This document shows, piece by piece, positions 29,703-39,300 of a stretch of DNA of 64,000 nucleotides. The notes under the pieces were generated by a model. The model was not told the DNA's origin. It worked only from the letters and a program-made list of their open reading frames with translations, and did no database searches. The translations under genes were made by a program, and so were the position numbers. Source of the stretch: Candidatus Eiseniibacteriota bacterium (GTDB taxonomy: Bacteria > Eisenbacteria > RBG-16-71-46); assembly GCA_031364845.1 (NCBI GenBank), contig JANLWX010000007.1:87395-151394 (forward strand). The letters are read 5' to 3'. Every line of letters starts with the position of its first letter. The first letter of the stretch is position 1.

Positions 29703-31096
29703 CTCGACGCCACGCCGTTCTCACCGCATTCGCGTTGCTTCTGCTCCCGGTGCTTCCGGGTGTCGTGGCCGCGCGCGGATTTTCGGTCGATGTCTGGACG
29801 AACCGCGGCAACGACGGAGTCTATAAGCCCGGCGAAGCCATCGACATCAAAGTGCGCCCGTCCGAAGACGCCTACGTCCTTCTCTACGAGATCGATGCCG
29901 AGGGCTACGTTCACAAGCTCTACCCATACGACCGCTCGAGCGGCATGCTCGAAGGGCGCCGCACCTACCGCCTCGGCGAGGATCAGGACGAGGCGGAACT
30001 CGTCGCACAGGGCCCGGTCGGACAGGGCTTCATCGTGGCGATCGCCTCGCTCGACCCATTCGAGCCGCTGCCCTGGTATCTGCGTTCGGTCGATCGGCAG
30101 GCCGAGGAACTCGGCTACGACGGCGCACCCGAAGACGAACGCGAAGGCATCACGGCCGAAGGACGCATCGTCGGAGATCCGTTCGTCGTCATGGAGCGCA
30201 TCCGCCGGCGCGTCGTCGCGGATCCCAACGACTCCGAGGGCTTCACGACCTCCTACACGAGCTACTACCTCCATCACGAAGTCCGCTATCCGCGCTACCT
30301 GTGCAACGATTGCCACCGTCCCGACCGCTACACGTTCTGGGACGGATACGATCCTTACTACGCCACGTGCAGCGTGTTCGACTTCCGCGTGAATTATCAC
30401 TGGAACTGGGGACCGTCGTACTGGTTCGGCAGCGTCCCCTACTTCGTCTACGTCTATCGCGACGACTGTCCGCCGCAGTTCCGCAATCCCGGCCGTCGTT
30501 CGTGGTCGTCATGGGATGGCTGGGGCCGCTGGCAGAATCTGTGGGGCGGAGGTCTCCGGCGCTTCAAGACGCCGCCGCCGACGGGCTACGTGCCTCCGAC
30601 CAAGTACGACGGCGAGTTCCGCCGTCCGGTGTCGCGCGCCCTTCCCCCGGGCTTCATCGCCTCGACACCCAAGGAGCGACTCGGACGGCGCATCGGAGTG
30701 CCCACGGGCCGCCAAACCGGCGATTTCGGCGATCGCGATTCGAAGGATCGTGGAGATCTCGGTGGCCGGCTGCGGCGCGACCAGCCGCTGAAGCCTCGTG
30801 GCGATGGCGAAGACGTCCGCGATCGCGGGTCGGTCCGCCGTGGCGCCGAACGTCCGGTGCCTGCACGCGAAGCGCCGCGTCCGGATCTGCCGGGCGGGCG
30901 TCGCGACCGCGACGAATCACCGGGACCGGATCGGATCGAGCGGCGTCAGTCGCCGCCGCCGCCGCCCGCGCCGAAGAGCGAACCCGAAGTTCAGCGCGCG
31001 CCGCGCAACGACCCGCCGCCCCGGACACCGGAGCCTCAGCGTTCTCCGCGCCCGCAGACGGAGCGCGAAGACAACGGATTCCGCGGACGCCGTTGA
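29699..31096 (+). CDS. DUF4384 domain protein with CxxCH motif and R/P-rich tail
   Basis: Signal peptide; VDVWTNRG..YKPGE..DAYVLLYEIDAEG..LYP; YLCNDCH..DPYYATC. Confidence 0.75.
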   Translation: MTRRHAVLTAFALLLLPVLPGVVAARGFSVDVWTNRGNDGVYKPGEAIDIKVRPSEDAYVLLYEIDAEGYVHKLYPYDRSSGMLEGRRTYRLGEDQDEAELVAQGPVGQGFIVAIASLDPFEPLPWYLRSVDRQAEELGYDGAPEDEREGITAEGRIVGDPFVVMERIRRRVVADPNDSEGFTTSYTSYYLHHEVRYPRYLCNDCHRPDRYTFWDGYDPYYATCSVFDFRVNYHWNWGPSYWFGSVPYFVYVYRDDCPPQFRNPGRRSWSSWDGWGRWQNLWGGGLRRFKTPPPTGYVPPTKYDGEFRRPVSRALPPGFIASTPKERLGRRIGVPTGRQTGDFGDRDSKDRGDLGGRLRRDQPLKPRGDGEDVRDRGSVRRGAERPVPAREAPRPDLPGGRRDRDESPGPDRIERRQSPPPPPAPKSEPEVQRAPRNDPPPRTPEPQRSPRPQTEREDNGFRGRR

Positions 31097-31238
31097 TTCG
31101 GGAACCTATCGCACTGGGTGGCGTCCCGCCCTCGGGATCGGCGAGAATGCGCCCGTTCGAATGGACGACGACCTTCGCATTCGCGGCGTGTGAGACACCA
31201 GTCTCACGCGCCGCGAATGCCACCTATCGGAGCTCCCC

Positions 31239-32189
31239 TTGATGCGACGCGTTCACCGCGGCACCCGTTTCCTGCGCCGTCTTGTCTTTGCCTTCGCGCT
31301 CGCGACCGGAGCGGGTCTCGGCACCTGGGCGCCGAATGCAACGGCGGCTCCGTCGGGGTTCGCGTTCCTCGAGATTCCGGCGGGCGCGCGTTCAGCGGCA
31401 CTCGGTGGGGCGCTCGCCACGATGACGTCCGGCGCCGAGGCGATGTTCGGCAACGTCGCCTCGATCGATCCGACCCGTGGAATCCAGGTGAGCGGCGGAC
31501 ACAGCGAGTTGATCCAGTCACTGCGCCACGACTACTTCTCCGTGTCCGGGCACGCCTGGGGCGGCGGGCTCGGTGCCTCGATGCGCGCGCTCTATTCGGA
31601 GCCGATCGACGAGCGCGACGAAGTCGGCAATCTGATCGGTACCTTCGGGGCGCACGATCTCGAATTTGCACTCGGCTATGGCGGACCCCTGATGCCGGAC
31701 GTGCGTTTCGGCGTCTCCGCCCAAATGATCCGCGAGCGCATCGCCAACGAGGCCGTGACGACTTACGGCATCGGCCTCGGTGCCCTGTGGGAGCCCGCGG
31801 GCCCGCTCGACTTCGGCCTCACGGTTCAGAACCTCGGCCCGGCCGCGCACTACAAGATCAACGGCATCGAAGGTGAAGCGGTCGGACTCCCTGCGGCCGT
31901 GCAGGGTGGCGCGTCCTATTCCATCGCGGCGGGTGCGCGCATGTCGGCGCGCGCGGCACTCGAAGGACGCTTCACTCGCGGGCGCGGCGGCATCGGGATT
32001 CTCGGTGCTGAGATCTCCGACGTCTCGGGAGCCGCGTTGCGCTTCGGCGTCCGCGCGAACGACGACGCTTCGACCTTCAGCGCCGGCGCCGGCTACGCGC
32101 TCACCGGGCTACAGTTCGACTACGCGTGGGTTCCGTTCAAGCTCGATCTCGGCGACACGCACCGGATTTCGTTCACCGCGAAGTTCTGA
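31239..32189 (+). CDS. PorV/PorQ-like (UPF0164) outer-membrane barrel protein
   Basis: AFLEIPAGARSAALGGA N-terminus and DYAW..LGDTHRISFTAKF C-terminus. Confidence 0.8.
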   Translation: MMRRVHRGTRFLRRLVFAFALATGAGLGTWAPNATAAPSGFAFLEIPAGARSAALGGALATMTSGAEAMFGNVASIDPTRGIQVSGGHSELIQSLRHDYFSVSGHAWGGGLGASMRALYSEPIDERDEVGNLIGTFGAHDLEFALGYGGPLMPDVRFGVSAQMIRERIANEAVTTYGIGLGALWEPAGPLDFGLTVQNLGPAAHYKINGIEGEAVGLPAAVQGGASYSIAAGARMSARAALEGRFTRGRGGIGILGAEISDVSGAALRFGVRANDDASTFSAGAGYALTGLQFDYAWVPFKLDLGDTHRISFTAKF

Positions 32190-32210
32190 AGTGCGCCCGG
32201 GTCGGGGCGG

Positions 32211-32966
32211 TCACTTGCGGCGCGGGTCTTCCCCCGCCATCGGCCAGGTTTCGAGGCGCAACCGGCCGTTTTCGAGCACGGCGTAGGTGAAGCGCTCGAT
32301 CCAGTCGCCGAGCACCATGAAGTCCCGTCCACTTTCGTGGTGCTCGAAGGCGTGATGAAAATGGCCGATCATCACGGCATCGTAGCCTTCCGCGAACCGG
32401 GGCCGGGCGATTTCGCGAACCAGCAGGTCGCCATCGAGTTTGCGCTGATCCCGCGAATGGCGGGATTGCCGCGACACCCACCCCGCGAGCGGAATGCCCA
32501 GATCGGGGTGGATCGCGCGGTAGAGGCCGATGCAGACGGGGTTTCTCAGCACCTTTTTCAAAACCTTGTAGCCGAGGTCGCCGCCGATCAATCCATCCCC
32601 ATGATGGATCCACAGCTTTCGGCCCTGGGCATCGAGCGTGAGCGGACCGTCATGGATGGTCACACCGAGTTCGTCCGCCAGGAACGTGCCGAGCCAGTGA
32701 TCGTGGTTGCCGCCGAGATACGTGATCGGAATGCCGGCCGCGCGAACGCGGCCGAGCGCGCACAGGGTGTGGAAGTGGCGGCGGGGGATCGTGGTGCCGT
32801 ACTCGAACCAGAAGTCGAACAGATCGCCGACGATGGTGAGCGAGCCAGCCCGTCCCGGCAGCGAGGCGAGAAACGAATGCAGATGGGATTCACGGGCGGC
32901 CTCACGGTCTCTCGACTCCGCGCCAAGGTGTGCGTCGGAGATGAAGAACGCGGCGTCCGGGACCAT
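32211..32966 (-). CDS. lpxH: UDP-2,3-diacylglucosamine diphosphatase (LpxH-like)
   Basis: FISDAHLG, GDLFDFWFEY, GNHD, HGDG, GHFH, LGDWI. Confidence 0.85.
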   Translation of the reverse strand: MVPDAAFFISDAHLGAESRDREAARESHLHSFLASLPGRAGSLTIVGDLFDFWFEYGTTIPRRHFHTLCALGRVRAAGIPITYLGGNHDHWLGTFLADELGVTIHDGPLTLDAQGRKLWIHHGDGLIGGDLGYKVLKKVLRNPVCIGLYRAIHPDLGIPLAGWVSRQSRHSRDQRKLDGDLLVREIARPRFAEGYDAVMIGHFHHAFEHHESGRDFMVLGDWIERFTYAVLENGRLRLETWPMAGEDPRRK

Positions 32967-33285
32967 GGCGGCAGTCTACGAGCACCCAACCAAACCCGCA
33001 ACGCACACCGCGTCCGGCATGTTCGAATCCGCGCACGGGACTTGAGCGGGCAACGCGATGAGGTTGGGGAGCATCCTAGTGCGGACGGCCTGACTCACGG
33101 ACGGCAGGCCATGATGCAACGGAACATCGGATGGAATCGAACGCTATCGCGGGGCGGAAATCCGCGGGGAATTTTGCGGGTTGGTGACAGACGGTCCGAT
33201 CAGGTCGATAACCTGACCTAGGGAACGATCTGAGTCGTGTTATCCGGACGGCTTCCGTCCGCAGGATGGCAACTGGGAGGAGTAC

Positions 33286-34794
33286 ATGAGCAATCATCCG
33301 TTCACGTCGCAGAAGCCTCGTGGATATTTCACGGGGGCGGCCCTGCTGGTCGCCGTCGGACTCGTCATCGGCCTGGGACTGTCGGCGGGTCTCGATTTCC
33401 AGAAGACCTCCACCGCTCAGAAGACGACAATGGTTCCGGCGGCGAGCACGATGGCCGCGGTGCCCGAAAGCCCGTTCGTGTCGGTCGTCGAGCAGGCGCT
33501 TCCCGCCGTCGTGTTCATCGATGTTCGCAAGAACGCCGCGAGCAGCCGGACCGGCGATCCGCAGGCCGATCTGTTCCGCCGCTTCTTCGGCGAAGAGGCC
33601 CCGCGCCGCCAGCAGCAGGCTCCGCCCAGCTCGGGCTCCGGCTTCATCGTCGATACGGACGGCCACATCCTCACCAACAATCACGTGGTGCGTGACGCCA
33701 GCGACATCACGGTGACGCTCAACGACCGCCGTTCGTTCAAGGCGAAGGTCGTCGGCGCCGACCCCGAGACCGACGTCGCGGTCATCAAGATCGAAGGCGA
33801 AAACCTGCCAGTGCTGCGTCTCGGCGACTCGGGCCAGGTGCGCATCGGCGACTGGGCGATCGCGATCGGCAACCCGCTCGGCATGCTGCGCGGCTCCGTC
33901 ACGGTCGGCATCATCAGTGCGCAGGGTCGCTCGGATCTCAACATCTACGGCGGGACGCCGCAGTACCAGGACTTCATCCAGACCGACGCCTCGATCAACT
34001 TCGGCAACTCGGGCGGACCGCTGTGCAATATCCGCGGCGAGGCGATCGGCATCAACACCGCGATCAACCCGAGCGGCCAGGGCATCGGCTTCGCGATTCC
34101 GATCAACCTCGCGAAGCACGTTTCGGATCAACTGATCGCCCACGGCACGGTGAAGCGCGCGATGCTGGGTGTGTTCCTCGCGGAACTGACACCCGAAATC
34201 GCAGAAGGCTTCGGCCTTGGACGCACCGACCAGGGCGTGATCATCCGCGACGTTCAGGATGGTTCGCCCGCCGCGCGCGCGGGGCTCAAGCGCAACGATG
34301 TGGTGGTCGAATTCGACGGGCAGCCGGTCACCGAGTTGCAGAAGTTCCGCATTCGCGTTGCCGATACCCCGGTGGGCAGGAGTGTCCCGGTCACCGTGCT
34401 GCGCGACGGCAAGCGTGAGAAGTTGAACGTGACGCTCACGAGCAAGGAAGATGACCCGGTCGCCTCCGGCGATCCCGCAGCGCGGACCCCGGAGACCGTC
34501 TCGGAGCTGGTGGGCGGACTCAAGGTGCGCACGTTGAGCGAGGAAGAGCGCGCCGCGTCCAAGCTGACCGGCGGTGTGGCGGTCGCCGATGTCGCCGAGG
34601 GCAGTGCGGCCAGCGACGCCGGAATCCAGGCCGGTGACATCATCCAGGAAGTCGGCGGAAAGGACGTGAAGTCCGCCGCGGACTTCGCCAGACTGATCCG
34701 TGAATCGAAGAGCCAGAGGAAGCATGTCGTTCTGCTGGTCAGCAGCCCGAACGAAGCGCCGCGATTCGTGGCGCTCCGACTCGAAACACGTTGA
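33286..34794 (+). CDS. degP: Do/DegP/HtrA family serine protease with two PDZ domains
   Basis: GSGFI, TNNHVV, DVAVIK, IQTDASINFGNSGGPL; GGAGG RBS. Confidence 0.92.
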   Translation: MSNHPFTSQKPRGYFTGAALLVAVGLVIGLGLSAGLDFQKTSTAQKTTMVPAASTMAAVPESPFVSVVEQALPAVVFIDVRKNAASSRTGDPQADLFRRFFGEEAPRRQQQAPPSSGSGFIVDTDGHILTNNHVVRDASDITVTLNDRRSFKAKVVGADPETDVAVIKIEGENLPVLRLGDSGQVRIGDWAIAIGNPLGMLRGSVTVGIISAQGRSDLNIYGGTPQYQDFIQTDASINFGNSGGPLCNIRGEAIGINTAINPSGQGIGFAIPINLAKHVSDQLIAHGTVKRAMLGVFLAELTPEIAEGFGLGRTDQGVIIRDVQDGSPAARAGLKRNDVVVEFDGQPVTELQKFRIRVADTPVGRSVPVTVLRDGKREKLNVTLTSKEDDPVASGDPAARTPETVSELVGGLKVRTLSEEERAASKLTGGVAVADVAEGSAASDAGIQAGDIIQEVGGKDVKSAADFARLIRESKSQRKHVVLLVSSPNEAPRFVALRLETR

Positions 34795-34862
34795 ACCCGG
34801 ATTTGGGAGGCGGCCGCAGGCTGCCTCCCACTCCGAGTCACAGCCGATGCCCGCGGCCAACC

Positions 34863-34938
34863 GGCAGGCTGATGAAGAACCCGAGTGCAGCGAGGAGCGA
34901 CCGAGCAACGCAGCAATCGGGTTTTTCATCAGCCTGCC
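34863..34938. repeat. REP/MITE-like palindromic element, short copy
   Basis: 22-nt terminal inverted repeats GGCAGGCTGATGAAGAACCCGA/TCGGGTTTTTCATCAGCCTGCC; core shared with 36259-36381. Confidence 0.8.
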
Positions 34939-35003
34939 AAGGCGCGGGCACCGTGCTTAGGGTCTCCGGGTCAGTCCCGGCCGAAAAAAGAGGACGATCG
35001 ATC

Positions 35004-36221
35004 GTGCGAAGGACTCGCCGTCTGATGTCGTTTGTGACAACGCTGCTGATCGCGACCTCCGCGTCGTTCGCCGCCGTGCGTGCGGACGGTCCGGTCGCCA
35101 CACCGGGCGTGACCACGCTCACCGGCCTGCGTTCGTGGTCGGCTCCTTCGAACACTCGTGTGGTTCTCGCCTTTTCGGCGATGGTGACGCCGGTGGCGCC
35201 TGACTCCGGCAAGAGCCGCGAGTTGGTGGTCGCGTTCCCGGGCGAGACGCTGCCGCGCGCGGCCGACGTTCCCTCGATGCTCGCCGTTCGCGACGGGCTC
35301 ATCGACTCGGTCGTCGTGCAGGATTCGCCGACCGGCGCGCGCGTGCTCATCACCTTCCGCGACACGGTCAAGTTCCGCGTGTTCCCGTTGCCGGGCGAGG
35401 CGGACAAGCAGTACCGCCTGGTCGTGGACGTGGCGCGCCCGGGTGGCGCGGCGGCCGAAGAGAAACGACTCGCAGGCATCGCGAACGCGAAGAAGCGCGA
35501 CCGCGTCCGCATCGTCACGGTCGATGCCGGACACGGAGGCGACGACACCGGAGCGCGCGGCCCGCGCAACGTGCTCGAGAAGCGCGTCACGCTCGGCGTC
35601 GCCAAGGCGCTGGTCGAGGAGCTCAACAAGATTCCCGGCATTCGCGCGGTCAACACGCGCGACGGCGATTTCTTCATCCCGCTGCGCGAGCGCTATCGAA
35701 TCGCCGAACGCATGAACGCCGATCTGTTCGTGAGCATCCACGCGAACTCCTCACGGCGTCGCGGGAGCGGCAAGGGCACGGAGGTCTACTTTCTGTCGGT
35801 GCGCGGCGCGAGCGATCAGGCCACGCAGGATCTGGCTGACATCGAAAACGCGGCCGATCAGCTGGGCGGCGTGCCTTCGCAGGCCGAGGATGATCTCGTG
35901 AACATCCTCTACGACGTGAAGCGCAGCTCAGCCCAGCAGCAGAGTCAGTTGCTGGCGGAAACGCTGCTCGACCACCTGGGCGAAGACCGCCGCCTCGAGC
36001 AGCGCGGCGTGAAGCAGGCGGGATTCGCCGTGCTCAAGTCGGTCGAATTCCCGTCCGTACTGGTTGAGACCGCGTTCATCAACAACCCGGTCGAAGCCAA
36101 ACTGCTCGGAAATCCGGAGTTCCAGAAGCAGCTCGGCCGCCAGCTCGCCGCCGGCGTGAAGATGTACTTCCAACGGGCGGGAGTCACGCTTGGCTCGGAG
36201 ACCTCGCAGGCGAGGCCATAG
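35004..36221 (+). CDS. N-acetylmuramoyl-L-alanine amidase (AMIN + Amidase_3)
   Basis: VDAGHGGDDTGA, LEK, DLFVSIHAN, PSVLVETAFINN; start uncertain. Confidence 0.9.
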   Translation: MRRTRRLMSFVTTLLIATSASFAAVRADGPVATPGVTTLTGLRSWSAPSNTRVVLAFSAMVTPVAPDSGKSRELVVAFPGETLPRAADVPSMLAVRDGLIDSVVVQDSPTGARVLITFRDTVKFRVFPLPGEADKQYRLVVDVARPGGAAAEEKRLAGIANAKKRDRVRIVTVDAGHGGDDTGARGPRNVLEKRVTLGVAKALVEELNKIPGIRAVNTRDGDFFIPLRERYRIAERMNADLFVSIHANSSRRRGSGKGTEVYFLSVRGASDQATQDLADIENAADQLGGVPSQAEDDLVNILYDVKRSSAQQQSQLLAETLLDHLGEDRRLEQRGVKQAGFAVLKSVEFPSVLVETAFINNPVEAKLLGNPEFQKQLGRQLAAGVKMYFQRAGVTLGSETSQARP

Positions 36222-36258
36222 CGCTAGCTATGCGTTTTCTCAGGACATTCTTGCCACC

Positions 36259-36381
36259 GGCAGGCTGCTGAGAAGTCCGAGTGCAAGGCGCGAGGAAGCG
36301 AGGAGCGAGACGTGTCCGCAGGACACTTCGCAGCGACGAGCGCCTGAGCAACGCAGCAATCGGGCTTCTCAGCGGCCTGCC
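36259..36381. repeat. REP/MITE-like palindromic element, long copy
   Basis: GGCAGGCTGCTGAGAAGTCCGA/TCGGGCTTCTCAGCGGCCTGCC ends; shared GAGTGCA, GCGAGGAGCGA and GAGCAACGCAGCAATCGGG blocks. Confidence 0.8.
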
Positions 36382-39300
36382 TTTTCGATCCGCTTCTCGG
36401 GCGCATAGTCGATCTGCTTGCCGTCCTTCGTGAGCTTGATCACGAACTGCTCGATCGCATCGCGAACCCGGGCATCGGTCTCGAGGCGGTTGCGCCCACC
36501 CGACAGCACCGAATAGTCGTCACCGCCGGTCGCCATGAAGTCGTTGCACGCGACCTTGTAGAGGCGCTGCGGATCGAGCGGCTTGCCGTCTGCCAGCGTC
36601 AGTGACACCACACGCTCCCCGGCGGGTGCCGTCAGGTCGAATGAATATCGGATGCCGCTCACCTGCGTTACCCGTTCGCCGCGCAGCCCCTGCTCGAGTG
36701 CCGTCTTCACATCGGCGCCCGTGATCTCCAGCGTGAACACGCGATTGTCGAACGGCATCACCTCGTAGACCGTGCCCTTGGTCACCGGGCCTTCCGCGAG
36801 GTCGGCGCGCAGTCCGCCGCTGTTCTGCATCGCCACGTCGACACCGCTCGCTGCGCGAATCGCGTCGGTCACGAAGTTGCCGAGCGTCGATTCACCGCCG
36901 CGGTTGCGCGTGAGGCGCCGCACGTTGGTGCCGAGGCGCTGATCGGCGATCGGAGCCACCGCTGCGTTCCACATCGCCACGCGCGCCTGCACGGCAGGAT
37001 CGGCCGTCACTTCATCGGCATACGTGGTGCGCAGATCGCAACGGCGCTCGATGACGCTACGCGTTACCGGATCGGTCACGAGGTCGCACACCGCGATCGT
37101 TCCGCCGTGCGAACCCGCGATCGCGATCGGGATGCCGTCCACTTCGTCGAGCACCAGATTGTGGCTGTGCCCTCCGAACACCGCATCGAATCCCGGGACG
37201 CGCGCAACGCGGTTCAGGTCGCCGCCGCGTGACTTGCGGTTGGAATCGCTCTCGGACGGGACATGGCCGACGCCAAGCACCACGTCGGAGAGCGGCCGCA
37301 GACGCGGAACCACTTCCGCCGCGGCGGTCGAGTCGTCGATGAACTGCAGATGAGCGACGTACTTCGACAGCGTCACCGACGGCGTATAGCGATACGAGAG
37401 GCCGACCACACCCACGCGCGCGCCTCGGCGTGTGAACGAGGTGTCGGACCGCACCCAGTCCGGAAGCCGGCCGGTCTTGCGTTCGCGCATGTTGGCACTC
37501 AGCACCGCGAAGTTCATCTCGCGTGTGCGCTGCACCAGCGTGTCCGGGCCCCAGTCGAATTCGTGATTGCCGACCGCTGCCGCCGCGTAGCCGAGCGCAT
37601 TCATCTGCGCAGCGACCGGCCGGCCGAACTGGAGGTTCGAGATCATCGTGCCCTGGAACATGTCGCCACCGTCGATCAGCACGGTGCCCTCGGGATTCTC
37701 CGCGCGCAGCTTCTCGACCCACGCCGCGAGCACCACCGAACCGCCGGACGAGCGATTGTTGCGCGGGGCGCCCGGCAGGATCGCGCCGTGGAAGTCGGTG
37801 GTCTCGAGCACGCGGAGGGTGGGGAAGCGGGCATTGGCAATCATGCCGAGCGCCTGTGCCCGCGTCGGAGCCGGGCCAATCGTCGAGACACCGGTGAGCA
37901 GCGCGCGCCGGAACGACGCGATCGCTTCGTCCTTCGATACGCCGGGGGCGGACTCGAGCCCTGCGTAGTGCGAACGCAACGCCGCCTGCGTGCAGGCTTC
38001 AGCGATCGCGTCGCGGGTGACGGGATCGCGAACGGAGATCCCCGCGCGACGCGTTGCCGCCGCCCAGTTCTGCGACGCGTCCGCGCGATCCGCCGTGCTG
38101 TCGGAGCGCCACCCGTAAGCGCGCGCGATCCACTCCTCGACTTCGATTCCGAGCGCCGGCGCATCCGCCCGCAGTCCCCGCACGGACTCCGGCGTCATCA
38201 CGTCGCGCCGCACGAGCAGGTCGATCAGCGGGCGCTCGGCTGACGTCGCATGATCGGGCCGCAGCGACCACGCGTTCGGCGCAGCACCTTCGTAAGTACC
38301 GGCGCTCGCGATTTGGCGCGCCATCGCCTCGCGCACCGTGAGGCCGATCGAGCGCAGGCGCCGCGCGCGGCGCACCGCATCGAAACCGCCGCCGCCGTTC
38401 ATGCGGTAGCTGTTCACGACCACCTTGAAGCGCTGGGCCGGTTCCACCGCCACGCCCCGGAATTTCAGATCCAGGATCCGCTCACCCGCGGGCCGCGTGA
38501 GATCGATCGCGTACTCGACTCCGGACGCGGTGTCGAAGTTGTAGCCCGGGAACGCGGGATCGAACAGCGGCGTGCCCGCCGCGTAGCGATATTCCGTGAA
38601 CGCCCGTGCCGACTGCTCGAGAGCTTCCCGCAACTCGGACCCGGTCATCTCGACCACGCCGAGTGAGTTGGCGTAGGGGTAGACCCGCAGCAAATCGCCG
38701 CGCGTGACGCGTCCGGCCGCGATCCGCGTCGCAGGGTCGGGCAGCGCCGCGAGCGAGACGTCGGCGCCCGAAGCCGCGAGCTGTGCGCGATGGATCAGCT
38801 CCCACAACGAGCCGTTCGCCAGCCGGCCGCGCGGCGCATCGAGATCGGCGCTCGTGAGCCCGACTTCCTGCGCCAGCAAAGCCAGCGCTTCGTCGTGCCA
38901 CGGTTTCGCGAGCGCCGACAACGCCGGATCGTCCGAGACCGTGTCGGTGACCGCGGCCATGTATCCGCGATTCTGACTGATGCGCCACGGACTGTCCGGA
39001 GTCTCGCGCGTGAACGTCAGCTCCACGCGCCCGAGCTGCTCACCGTTCTTTCCGGCCTGCGTCACGAGCACGCCCTGAATGCGCGCGAACGGAATCACCG
39101 CATGCGAGTGTCCGAGCACCAGCACGTCGATCCCCGGCACCTGCGTCGCGAGCCGGTGGCCCCAGTTCTCGTCGGGCGTGTCGCCGCGGCGCTCGATGCC
39201 GGTGACCGGGTCGCGCTCGAGTCCGGTGTGCGCCACCAGCACGACCGCATCGCAGCGTTCCTGAGTGCGCAGACGGTCGGCTTCCTGGCGCGCCGCCACA

